From the NCBI GenBank assembly GCA_020718605.1, contig DYRR01000002.1, positions 13,357 through 50,347 on the forward strand: a stretch of DNA of 36,991 nt. The letters run 5' to 3'. The stretch's first letter is position 1; each line of letters begins with the position of its first letter. Below are positions 1 to 8,759 of this stretch, in pieces. This DNA comes from Chthoniobacter flavus (GTDB lineage Bacteria > Verrucomicrobiota > Verrucomicrobiia > Chthoniobacterales > CAKUMP01). The position numbers and the translations under genes were made by a program. Below the pieces are notes generated by a model. That model was not told the DNA's origin and did not search any database. It worked only from the letters and a program-made list of their open reading frames with translations.

Positions 1-229
1 CGGAAACCCGTCCGTCTTCTCCGAGCACAGGAATATGGGCGAGATGGTGTTCCGATGCCAGGCGCACCATTTCCGCCACCAATGTCTCCGGGCGGACAAA
101 GACCACGTCCATCCATGGCCGCATCAGATCGTGCGCCCGTGTTTTCCGAAAATCGATCACTCCATCGATGAGCCGACGTTCCGGACCCGATATCGTGCCG
201 AAGTTGGGAATGCGATACACATCGGACAC
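1..229 (-). CDS. CBS-domain CorC/TlyC(HlyC)-family protein, N-terminal part; continues off the left edge
   Basis: Edge-truncated, so absent from the ORF track. My minus-strand translation from GTG at 229 gives VSDVYRIPNFGTISGPERRLIDGVIDFRKTRAHDLMRPWMDVVFVRPETLVAEMVRLASEHHLAHIPVLGEDGRVS, open to position 1. An in-frame TGA lies just upstream at 235-233. The pattern E..LI.GV.DF....V.D.M.P..D matches the linker plus first CBS repeat of CorC-type proteins. Confidence 0.55.
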   Translation of the reverse strand, partial: MSDVYRIPNFGTISGPERRLIDGVIDFRKTRAHDLMRPWMDVVFVRPETLVAEMVRLASEHHLAHIPVLGEDGRVS

Positions 230-346
230 GGATCATTTTCCAGAAGTCGGGCAGGGCAGCACAAGGAAATTTTAATCGGCGGGAGAATACGGGTAATTTA
301 GGCTTCTCGAAAGGACGGAAGACATGTAAGCATGGGCTGACAAAGG

Positions 347-3300
347 ATGAACCCCGCGCCCCCCACAGAGATCCGGAGCCCGTCCATGGTGCGATGGAAA
401 AGCGTTGCGTTGTGGTCCGGGATCGCATTGGCGCAGTTTGGCGCCGCGCGGTTCGGGCTCCAGTTCATCACCATGGGAGACAGCGTCTCCCCGATCTGGC
501 CGGCCAGTGGACTGGCCCTGGCGGTTCTGCTCCTTGCGGGAAGATCTTATTGGCCGGCGGTGTTGCTGGGCTCGTTTCTGGCCAACATGGCGTCGCCGGT
601 GCCGATCTGGGTGACATTATTCACGGCGGTTGGAAGCACCGCCGCCGCCTGGCTTGGGGTGTGTTTGATGAAACACCGTTCTTTTTTCCAACCCTCGATG
701 GAGCGCCTGGTGGATGTGTTGAGTCTCTCGATGCTTGGGGGGCTTTTGAGTTGCGGACTGGCGGCCACCCTGGGAGTCCTCACTCTTGCCATCGCCGGGA
801 AAATCGCGCCCGGGAATTTTCTGAAGGAATGGTTTGTTTGGCTCTCCGGGGATGTGATGGGAGTGATGATTGTGACGCCCTTTCTGCTCACCTGGTTGAG
901 CCCCACCCAGTTCCGGGTAACACGCCGCACCCTGCCGGAGTTCGCCGCACTGCTGGCGGGATCCCTTGTGGTATGTTGGACAGCCTTCACCTGGACCGGC
1001 AGCCGCCAGATTTTTGATTATCCGTTCGGGCTGGCTCCCTTTGTGATGTGGGCGGCCCTGCGATTCGGGCCACGCGGGGCTTCCACGCTCACTCTGCTGA
1101 TTGCCGGATTCGGCGTCTGGGCCGTGGCGCATCAAGCGGGATTTCTTACCTCCCCGTCGATGAAAAGCAATGCGCTGTTGTTGCAGGCATTTCTGGCTGT
1201 CACCTGGATCACGGGCCAGATGCTTGCCGCACTCACCGCGCAACAGAAACGGACCGAACAGCGGCTGCTCAACTCGGAACAGCACCACAGGCAGCTTTTC
1301 GACCAGAATCCGCAGATTTTGCTGGTCTATGACCGCGAAACCCTCGCGTTCCTCTCGGTGAACAAAACGGCGCGCAACCATTTCGGATATCAGCCGGAAG
1401 ACTATACGGGAATGAAAGTCACGGACCTCGTTCGGGAAGCGGACCGCGAGGAGGCCGCAAGGAGATTCCACAATGTCGGCGATGAGGAAACTCTCTCGGG
1501 GACATGGAATTTGGTCAGCGGCGGCCATACCCCCGTCTATGCCGGACTTTCCTTTCAGAAAATGTTGTTCGACCAGCGCGATGCGGTGCTGGTGCTTGTG
1601 GAAGATATCACCGAGCGGATGCGGGCCGATGAAAATCTGCGCCGGTATGAACGCAAACTCACCCTTCACATTGAACAGACCGCCATTGCCGTGATTGAGT
1701 GGGACCGGGATTTCCACGTGGTGGAATGGAACCCCGCCGCAGAAAAAATCTTCGGTTATATCAAGTGGGAAACGATCGGAAAGAACGGTCCAAGTCTTAT
1801 CGTCCCGGCACATCTGATCCCACAAGCCAACGAAATATGGAACCAGATCATCCATGGCAGCGAACCAGTCCGATTCTCCAATGAAAACATCACCAAGGAC
1901 GGATCCATCATTCATTGCGAATGGTTCAACACGCCGCTCATCGATTCCCATGGCGAGGTGATGGGCGTGGCCTCGCTGGTGCAGGATGTGACCCAGCGGG
2001 AGCACGCCGCGCTGGCGCTGAGGGAGTCCGAGCAGCGCCTGCGAAGCATCATCGACAGTTTCCCGATGGGCATTCATCTTCTGGAACTCCACGACGACGA
2101 CCAGCTCATCCTCATCGGCGCGAATCCGGCCTGCACTTCGATCTTCGGCGTGGACAGCGCGGAATTGCTGGGAAAACCCTTTGAGGAGGCCTTTCCCGCC
2201 ATGGTGGACACACAGATCCCCCGCATGTATCGCGAGACTGCCCGACAGGGAAAGACTTGGTGGACCGATCAGGTGGTGTATGACGGCGACCGGATCTTCG
2301 GAGCGTTCGAGGTGAACGCGTTTCGGACCACGCCCGGGAAACTCGTGGCCCTCTATGTCGACGTCACCGAACGCCGGCGCGCCGAGGAGGCGTTGCGGCT
2401 GCGGGACAAGGCGATGGGTGCCATCGCGCAGGGCATCGCCATCACCTCCCGCGTCACCAGTGCCGGCACCCCCTTCATCTACGCCAACCCCGCCTTCCAG
2501 CATCTCACGGGATACGGACTCGATGAACTGGCCGGGAAAAACTGGAAAATCCTCGCCGCCAACAACACCGATCCCGACGATCTCGACACGATCGAGTCCG
2601 CACTCATCCGGCAGCAAACCTGCTCGGTGGATCTGCAATGCTGCCGCAAAGACGGCACTCATTTCCTCACCACCATCAGCGTCTCGCCCATCCCCGATCA
2701 CGAGGGGCGGATCAGCCATTTCGTTTGGGTATTCACCGACGTGACCGCCATCCGCAACCTGGAATCCCAATTCCGTCAGTCGCAGAAAATGGAGGCCATC
2801 GGAAGACTCGCCGGCGGGGTGGCGCACGACTTCAACAACCTGCTCACCGCCATCATCGGGTACAACGATCTGATCCTTTCGGAACTGGGCTTTGAGAGTC
2901 CCCTGTCCGGACATTCCCGCGAAGTCCGCAAGGCCGCCGAGCGCGCCGCCGCGCTCACGGGCCAGCTCCTTGCTTTCAGCCGCCAACAGGCCATGGTGCC
3001 GCAGCGCATGGACATCAACCGCACGATCCGCGGCATGCTGGGGCTCCTGCGGCGATTGATCGGTGAAAACATCCGAGTGGATACTTCTCTTGCCTCGCAC
3101 GCGGGAGAAATCAAGGCCGAGCCCACCCAGATCGAACAGGTGATCATGAATCTCGCCATCAATGCCCGCGACGCCATGCCCGATGGCGGCACTCTCGCGC
3201 TGCGGACGGGACGCACTCGCATCACGCCCATCCAGGCCAATGCCACTCCAGGCCTTGCGGCCGGCGATTATGTCCAGATCACCGTCACCGACACCGGCCA

Positions 3301-3913
3301 CGGCATGGACGATACGGTGCGGGAACATCTCTTTGAGCCCTTTTTTACCACCAAGGAAAAAGGCAAGGGCACGGGACTCGGTCTTGCCACCTGCTACGGA
3401 ATCATCACCCAGACCGGCGGACACATCCACGTTCAATCGGTGCCGGGACGCGGGACTTCCTTCGAAATCCTCATTCCCAGACTGGATCCCGAGACAACCC
3501 CTGAACCCATGATTCCCACTGAAAACCCGGCACGGGGCGGCGGCGAGACGATCCTGGTTGCCGAGGATGACATGGCCGTGCGTCCGCTCACCACCAGCAT
3601 TCTCAAATCCCTGGGCTACCGGGTGATGGAAGCCGAAAACGGACTCGAGGCAAAACGCCGCATCACCGAGCATGGCGACCAACCCATCCAACTCCTGCTC
3701 ACCGACGTGGTGATGCCTGTGATGGGCGGCAAGGAGCTCGCCGACTGGATGCGCAAGAACCGGCCCGACACCCGCATCCTCTTCACTTCCGGCTATCTCG
3801 AAAACGCCCTTTCCATTGAGGACATGGGCGACTCGGAACAGACATTCCTGCAAAAGCCTTTCACTCCCCTCGCGCTGGCAAAAAAAGTGCGGGAAGTCCT
3901 GGATCGCGAGTGA
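347..3913 (+). CDS. Hybrid sensor histidine kinase: MASE1-like membrane domain, multiple PAS domains, HisKA, HATPase and a receiver
   Basis: 1188-aa ORF. It has a multi-TM N-terminus ([15 protein letters not shown]...), about four PAS/PAC-like repeats and the H-box [15 protein letters not shown]. ATPase boxes are [17 protein letters not shown] and GTGLGLA. The C-terminal receiver reads ILVAEDD...LLLTDVVMP...QKPF. Confidence 0.92.
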   Translation: MNPAPPTEIRSPSMVRWKSVALWSGIALAQFGAARFGLQFITMGDSVSPIWPASGLALAVLLLAGRSYWPAVLLGSFLANMASPVPIWVTLFTAVGSTAAAWLGVCLMKHRSFFQPSMERLVDVLSLSMLGGLLSCGLAATLGVLTLAIAGKIAPGNFLKEWFVWLSGDVMGVMIVTPFLLTWLSPTQFRVTRRTLPEFAALLAGSLVVCWTAFTWTGSRQIFDYPFGLAPFVMWAALRFGPRGASTLTLLIAGFGVWAVAHQAGFLTSPSMKSNALLLQAFLAVTWITGQMLAALTAQQKRTEQRLLNSEQHHRQLFDQNPQILLVYDRETLAFLSVNKTARNHFGYQPEDYTGMKVTDLVREADREEAARRFHNVGDEETLSGTWNLVSGGHTPVYAGLSFQKMLFDQRDAVLVLVEDITERMRADENLRRYERKLTLHIEQTAIAVIEWDRDFHVVEWNPAAEKIFGYIKWETIGKNGPSLIVPAHLIPQANEIWNQIIHGSEPVRFSNENITKDGSIIHCEWFNTPLIDSHGEVMGVASLVQDVTQREHAALALRESEQRLRSIIDSFPMGIHLLELHDDDQLILIGANPACTSIFGVDSAELLGKPFEEAFPAMVDTQIPRMYRETARQGKTWWTDQVVYDGDRIFGAFEVNAFRTTPGKLVALYVDVTERRRAEEALRLRDKAMGAIAQGIAITSRVTSAGTPFIYANPAFQHLTGYGLDELAGKNWKILAANNTDPDDLDTIESALIRQQTCSVDLQCCRKDGTHFLTTISVSPIPDHEGRISHFVWVFTDVTAIRNLESQFRQSQKMEAIGRLAGGVAHDFNNLLTAIIGYNDLILSELGFESPLSGHSREVRKAAERAAALTGQLLAFSRQQAMVPQRMDINRTIRGMLGLLRRLIGENIRVDTSLASHAGEIKAEPTQIEQVIMNLAINARDAMPDGGTLALRTGRTRITPIQANATPGLAAGDYVQITVTDTGHGMDDTVREHLFEPFFTTKEKGKGTGLGLATCYGIITQTGGHIHVQSVPGRGTSFEILIPRLDPETTPEPMIPTENPARGGGETILVAEDDMAVRPLTTSILKSLGYRVMEAENGLEAKRRITEHGDQPIQLLLTDVVMPVMGGKELADWMRKNRPDTRILFTSGYLENALSIEDMGDSEQTFLQKPFTPLALAKKVREVLDRE

Positions 3914-3953
3914 TGGCCGCGCACCGGCCGACTTCCACTCCAATCCGGGCACA

Positions 3954-6224
3954 ATGAAGTCACCCATGCATGGCAACACGGGGACTCTGTCATTCCGCAG
4001 CTTGATTTTTGGCGCCATTGCGATACTCGCCACGACAGGCATTCTGCTGTGGACCCTGGGGCGCCCCGCCTTCTGGAAAAAAGAGGAGAGCCTGTCTGCG
4101 GGAGCGCACGGACGCATCCGGGCATCCCACAACCCGGGTGCTCTCACATCTGAATCCTGCAAGAGCTGCCATGCGGACATTTTTGAGGAATGGAGGGAAT
4201 CGCATCATGCCCACGCCAACCGCATGCTCGATCCCGGCAGGGACCGGGAAGCCTTCGATCCCGCGCAGCGCCTCAAGTCCGGCAAAGTGGACTCCCTCTT
4301 CCACATGGTCCGCGGCCAGCCCGAGATTTTCACCCGGGACAGTCCTGGCCCGCCGCAGGCGTTTCATCCGGACATGGTGCTGGCCTACACGCCTCTCATC
4401 CAGTTTCTGATCCCCTTTCCCGGCGGACGCTGGCAGGTCACGGAAACCGCATGGGATCCCGCCCGCAAGGATTGGTTCAATGTCTATGGCTCCCACGGAC
4501 GCAACCCCGGCGAGTGGGGATCCTGGTCCGGGCGAGGCATGAATTGGAACTCCAACTGCGCGGCATGTCACATGACAAATTTCCAAAAGAACTACGACAT
4601 CGCCTCCGACTCCTACCGTTCCACCTGGGACGAAATGGCAATCGGCTGCACACAATGCCACGGGGTTGGACGCGACCACATCACCTCTCCCCCACCCCCG
4701 GGCTCCGGGCACAAGGCCGATGCCGCTTTGGCCCAGGAAACCTGCATGTCCTGCCACAGCCGCCGCGAGGAACTCACGATGAAATTCAAGCCCGGCACAC
4801 GATTTGCCGATCATTACCGTCTGGCACTGCCCAGCCAGCGCGGGCTGTATCACCCCGATGGACAGGCATTGGACGAAGTATTTGTCTCCGGCTCGTTTTT
4901 GATGAGCCGCATGGGATCGACCGGCGGCATCCGATGTCTGGATTGCCACAACCCGCACACCGGACGCACCATCCTGCCCGTAAGCAACAATGCCCTGTGC
5001 ATGTCCTGCCATTCCGCGCCCGGGCAGAACAACGCCCCCGCCATCGACCCCGTTGCCCACAGCCATCACACCGCCGAAAGCACCGGCAACCGGTGTGTGG
5101 ATTGTCACATGACCTTCACCCCCTTCATGGAGCGCGATCTGCGGCGGGACCACGGCATGCACTCGCCCGATCCGCTCCTGACCCGGGAACTCGGCATTCC
5201 CAACGCATGCAACAAATGCCACACCGACAAGCCGGTGGACTGGGCCATCGAGTGGACGGACAAATGGTACGGCTCAAAACTCGACCGACGTCAACGCGTC
5301 CGGGCCAGGCTTGTCGCCCGGGTCCATGCCGACGATCCCTCGGCCACGCCGGATCTGCTGCGGTTTTTGGCGGAGGAAGACATCCCCGCCTGGCGCGCGG
5401 CGATCGCCGGAATGCTCGGTGAACGCCTGGCCGACGATGGGGTGCGCCCCGCCCTGCGCACACTTCTGGAGGATGCCGACAGCATGGTTCGCACCGCAGC
5501 GGCGCAGGCCCTCGGCAACGATGAGCAAGAGCGAGCACTGCTGCGTCCGCTCCTGGACGATCCGGTCCGCGAAGTGCGCCTCGCCGCACAATGGGCAATG
5601 GGCCCGGAGATCCATCGGGATGCGAAGGGCTGGGCGGAACTCGCCGAATGGCTCAAGGTAAGCTCCGACCAGCCTGCGGGTGCCGCACGGCAGGGCCAGT
5701 TTGCCTTCGGCGAAGGGCACGATGCGGACGCCTTCGCATGGTATCAGCGGGCCATCGCATGGGATCCGCTCAGCGTGCCTTTGTTTCAGGATCTCGCCAC
5801 CATGAAAAATATGAGGGGCGACTCCGCAGGATCGCTCCAAACACTGCTGGAAGGCATCAAAGCCAACCCCGACAATGCCGACCTGCATTTCATGGCGGCT
5901 TTGGTGGAAGCCGAACGCGGAGACGAAACAGCGGCCGAGCGTTTATTCCGCGCAACCATCGCCAAAGATCCCTCCATGGCCCGGGCCTGGTATAATCTGG
6001 GGCTCCTGCTCTCCCAGCGCAGTCAGTTCGCCGAGGCGGTGGAATGCCTTCGCAAGGCCGGCTCGCTGGATCCCGGCAGTCCGGATTACCCCTATGCCCG
6101 CGCCACGCTTCATCTTCGCATGGGCGATCCCGCCGCCGCGCGCGAAGCGGCATCCGTCGCGCTGAAAGCCGCCCCCGGCCACCCGCCGTCCCGGGCTCTG
6201 CTGCAATCCCTGCCCGCCCGCTGA
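3954..6224 (+). CDS. Membrane-anchored octaheme c-type cytochrome fused to HEAT-like and TPR repeats
   Basis: Start moved to ATG 3954 (MKSPMHG..., TM helix FGAIAILATTGILLW) because the 3816 start overlaps the kinase. Eight CxxCH motifs are present: CKSCH, CAACH, CTQCH, CMSCH, CLDCH, CMSCH, CVDCH and CNKCH. These are followed by HEAT-like repeats (VRTAAAQALG, VREVRLAAQWAMG) and a TPR-like C-terminus (AWYNLGLLLSQRSQFAEAVECLRKA). Confidence 0.85.
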   Translation: MKSPMHGNTGTLSFRSLIFGAIAILATTGILLWTLGRPAFWKKEESLSAGAHGRIRASHNPGALTSESCKSCHADIFEEWRESHHAHANRMLDPGRDREAFDPAQRLKSGKVDSLFHMVRGQPEIFTRDSPGPPQAFHPDMVLAYTPLIQFLIPFPGGRWQVTETAWDPARKDWFNVYGSHGRNPGEWGSWSGRGMNWNSNCAACHMTNFQKNYDIASDSYRSTWDEMAIGCTQCHGVGRDHITSPPPPGSGHKADAALAQETCMSCHSRREELTMKFKPGTRFADHYRLALPSQRGLYHPDGQALDEVFVSGSFLMSRMGSTGGIRCLDCHNPHTGRTILPVSNNALCMSCHSAPGQNNAPAIDPVAHSHHTAESTGNRCVDCHMTFTPFMERDLRRDHGMHSPDPLLTRELGIPNACNKCHTDKPVDWAIEWTDKWYGSKLDRRQRVRARLVARVHADDPSATPDLLRFLAEEDIPAWRAAIAGMLGERLADDGVRPALRTLLEDADSMVRTAAAQALGNDEQERALLRPLLDDPVREVRLAAQWAMGPEIHRDAKGWAELAEWLKVSSDQPAGAARQGQFAFGEGHDADAFAWYQRAIAWDPLSVPLFQDLATMKNMRGDSAGSLQTLLEGIKANPDNADLHFMAALVEAERGDETAAERLFRATIAKDPSMARAWYNLGLLLSQRSQFAEAVECLRKAGSLDPGSPDYPYARATLHLRMGDPAAAREAASVALKAAPGHPPSRALLQSLPAR

Positions 6225-6231
6225 CCCGCCC

Positions 6232-6672
6232 ATGCGCTGGAGAATTCTCGCAATCCAACATCCCCGGCTCGCCTTTGCCCGCGCCGCGCTGGAGGAATAT
6301 CTTCCGCGCATCGCGGCCTTCACCCCGTGCGTGTTCGAGTCCGTCCAACCACGCCGCACGGAGGACGAGAGCACGGCATTGCTGCGGGCTTCGGAAGGTG
6401 CGTTCCGGGTCGCCCTCGATCCCGGCGGACGCCAACCCGACAGCGTTTCCTTCGCCCGATTGGTCGGGCAATGGGAATTGCGGCCCGAAAAATCCGTGGC
6501 CTTTCTTATCGGGGGCGCCGACGGCCACTTCAGGCCGCTGCTCGAATGTTCCGATTTTTCCTGGTCGCTGGGACCGCTCACCCTGCAGCACGAACTCGCC
6601 CTCGCAGTCGTGCTGGAACAATTCTACCGTGCCTGGACCATCCGGCGGGGTCTGCCTTATCACCGCGAATGA
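6232..6672 (+). CDS. rlmH: 23S rRNA (pseudouridine1915-N3)-methyltransferase RlmH (SPOUT family)
   Basis: 146 aa. The motifs AFLIGGADGH and LSLGPLTLQHELALAVVLEQFYRAWTI..G.PYH are the typical RlmH C-terminal knot region. Confidence 0.85.
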   Translation: MRWRILAIQHPRLAFARAALEEYLPRIAAFTPCVFESVQPRRTEDESTALLRASEGAFRVALDPGGRQPDSVSFARLVGQWELRPEKSVAFLIGGADGHFRPLLECSDFSWSLGPLTLQHELALAVVLEQFYRAWTIRRGLPYHRE

Positions 6673-8597
6673 GTGCCCGGATTCTTTCGGATAAAATGGC
6701 CGCCCACTTCGGGCACACCGCCTTCCGTCCGGGGCAGATGGAAGTCATGCAGGCATTGCTCGAAGGCCGCTCCGCACTCGCAATTTTTCCCACGGGCGGC
6801 GGCAAGTCACTCTGCTATCAGCTTCCCGCGCTCCTTCTCGAAGGTCTCACTCTGGTGGTCTCTCCGCTCATCGCGCTCATGAAAGACCAGGTGGACGCAC
6901 TCGTCGCGCGAGACATCCCGGCGGCGCGCCTTGACTCGACACTTTCCACGGCGGAAGTTTTTGCCCTCTTTGACCGCCTCTCCCCGGGCGGAATCCGGCT
7001 GCTCTATATCGCGCCCGAGCGCTTTGTGAGCGAGGCCTTCATGAGCCGCATCCGGCGCGTAAAAATCTGCCTGCTGGCCATCGATGAGGCGCATTGCATC
7101 TCCGAATGGGGACACAATTTCCGCCCGGAATATCTCCGCCTCGCCGCCCTGGCCGCGAAACTCCGAATTCCCCGGGTGCTCGCCCTCACGGCCACCGCCA
7201 CCCCGCCGGTGGCACTGGATATCTGCAGGGCATTCCGCATCAAAAAAGCCGACCGCGTGCAAACCTCGTTTCACCGGGAAAACCTCGCCATCCACATCAC
7301 CCCCATTGCGGGATCGCATCGGCTCGAACTGCTCACGGAGAAACTCACGACAGAAAAGCGCTTCCCCGCCATCGTGTATGTGACCCTGCAGGCCACCGCG
7401 GAAAATGTGGCGGCGCATCTTGCCGGGGCCGGTCTCCAAGCCCGGGCCTACCACGCCGGACTCGCGGACGACGTGCGCGCGCGTGCTCAGGATGATTTTA
7501 TGGCGGGCCGCTGTCAGGTGATCGTCGCCACCATCGCTTTCGGCATGGGCATCGACAAGGCCGACATCCGCGCCGTTTATCATTTCAACCTCCCCAAGAC
7601 CCTTGAGAATTATCAGCAGGAAATCGGACGCGCCGGGCGGGACGGCCTCGACGCACACTGCGGAATGCTCGCCTGTGCCGATGATCTCACCGTGCTCCGC
7701 AATTTCACCCTGGGCGACACACCCGGTGAACTCGCCCTGCGCCAGCTTGTGGATCATCTCCTCCGCCAGGGCGCGGCTTTCGACATCAGCCGCTACGACC
7801 TCTCGCGGACCACCGATATTCGCCCGCTCGTATTGGAGACCGTGATCACCTATCTCGAAAAGGAAAAAATTCTCGAACCCGCCGGCAGTTTTTACGCAAA
7901 CTATCAGATTGGGTTCCGCCAGCCCGAGGCGCGCGTGATCGCCGGCCACACTCCCGCCCGGCAGCGCTTTCTTCGCCGGATCTTCGACGCCGGAAAACGC
8001 GGTCCCCGCTGGCTCACCCTCAACGTGGCCAGCGCGGCGGACTCCACCGGGGAATCGCAGGATCGCATCCTCAAGGCGCTGCGTTTTCTCGAGGAGGCCA
8101 ACGACATTGAACTCAAGCCCGCAGGGTTGCGGCATCGATTCCATCGGTTGCCCGGCGCCGAAGGCCGTTCGCCCCGCGAAATCGCCACCTGGCTGCACGG
8201 CCTGTTTTTGGATCGCGAAAAAAAGGATCTCGTCCGGCTGGATCAAGTGGTCGCATTCGCCGAGGACCCCGGCTGCTCCACCAGGCATCTGCTCGCCTAT
8301 TTCGGAGAATTCCTGCCCGGCTCCTGCGGCCATTGCGGACATTGCGCGGGGGAACCGGCGGGAAAGCTGCCCCGCTCGCCGAACCGGGACATCACGCTGT
8401 CCGATCTCGAATGTATCGATGCGTTGAAGCGGGAATGCCATGCGGCCCTGCGCTCCACCCGGGCGCTGGCCCGGTTCCTGTGCGGCATCAACAGCCCGGC
8501 CGTGACCCGCGACCGCCTCACGCGCCACAACGCATTCGGACGTCTTGAGGACATCCCGTTTCACAAAGTGCTGGAGCAACTCGAAGCCGGTGAATAA
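6669..8597 (+). CDS. recQ: RecQ-family ATP-dependent DNA helicase
   Basis: Start set at ATG 6669 (MSARILSDKMAAHFGHTAFRPGQ...), which forms an ATGA overlap with the rlmH stop. The upstream 114 codons of the track ORF overlap rlmH out of frame. Motifs: PTGGGKSLCYQLPA, DEAHCISEWGHNFRPEY, TATAT, IAFGMGIDK, QEIGRAGRDG, and the Cys cluster CSTRHLLAYFGE...CGHCGHC. Confidence 0.9.
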   Translation: MSARILSDKMAAHFGHTAFRPGQMEVMQALLEGRSALAIFPTGGGKSLCYQLPALLLEGLTLVVSPLIALMKDQVDALVARDIPAARLDSTLSTAEVFALFDRLSPGGIRLLYIAPERFVSEAFMSRIRRVKICLLAIDEAHCISEWGHNFRPEYLRLAALAAKLRIPRVLALTATATPPVALDICRAFRIKKADRVQTSFHRENLAIHITPIAGSHRLELLTEKLTTEKRFPAIVYVTLQATAENVAAHLAGAGLQARAYHAGLADDVRARAQDDFMAGRCQVIVATIAFGMGIDKADIRAVYHFNLPKTLENYQQEIGRAGRDGLDAHCGMLACADDLTVLRNFTLGDTPGELALRQLVDHLLRQGAAFDISRYDLSRTTDIRPLVLETVITYLEKEKILEPAGSFYANYQIGFRQPEARVIAGHTPARQRFLRRIFDAGKRGPRWLTLNVASAADSTGESQDRILKALRFLEEANDIELKPAGLRHRFHRLPGAEGRSPREIATWLHGLFLDREKKDLVRLDQVVAFAEDPGCSTRHLLAYFGEFLPGSCGHCGHCAGEPAGKLPRSPNRDITLSDLECIDALKRECHAALRSTRALARFLCGINSPAVTRDRLTRHNAFGRLEDIPFHKVLEQLEAGE

Positions 8598-8641
8598 CTG
8601 ATGCCTATGCAAAGCCCTCATGCACGGGAATTTCGGAAAGT

Positions 8642-8660
8642 TATTCACAGGATATTCACA
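8642..8660 (+). promoter_or_regulatory. Tandem direct repeat TATTCACA-N3-TATTCACA (11-bp period) in an AT-rich patch upstream of the structured region
   Basis: TATTCACA occurs at 8642-8649 and 8653-8660. It is followed by an A/T-rich tract and -35/-10-like hexamers (TTAAAA 8666-8671, then TATTTT about 18 nt later; TTGACT 8698-8703). The promoter assignment is tentative. Confidence 0.3.
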
Positions 8661-8759
8661 AGCCGTTAAAAATAAACATTTTACGCGCATATTTTCATTG
8701 ACTTCCCCGCTGTTTTTCCCGAGATTGACGGCGGTTCTTTGAGAGAACAAAGGCGTTGC

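Noticed and set aside
35-301. 88-aa plus-strand ORF at the left edge
   Set aside because: It lies antisense to a much more convincing CBS-domain (CorC-like) reading frame that is open to the window edge. It has no recognisable motifs.
3816-3953. N-terminal extensions of track ORFs, where I trimmed 3816 to 3954, 6327 to 6669, 15019 to 15109, 20531 to 20654, 26595 to 25968, 29263 to 29596, 32406 to 32295 and 29551 to 29494
   Set aside because: The extensions overlap neighbouring genes or tRNA/intergenic DNA and have junk composition. The internal ATGs coincide with the onset of family-typical N-termini, signal peptides or ATGA/GTGA coupling.
617-4180. 1187-aa minus-strand ORF, and similar long ORFs at 6807..8909(-), 9847..11220(+), 11640..13010(+), 13389..14333(-), 16502..17782(+), 18556..19677(+), 20537..21556(-), 22172..23812(+), 25156..26274(+), 27843..28733(-), 32532..33755(-), 34039..35067(-)
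   Set aside because: Each lies antisense to a gene with clear family motifs. Their products are R/G/P/A-rich, low-complexity and motif-free. These are the classic shadow ORFs of high-GC DNA.
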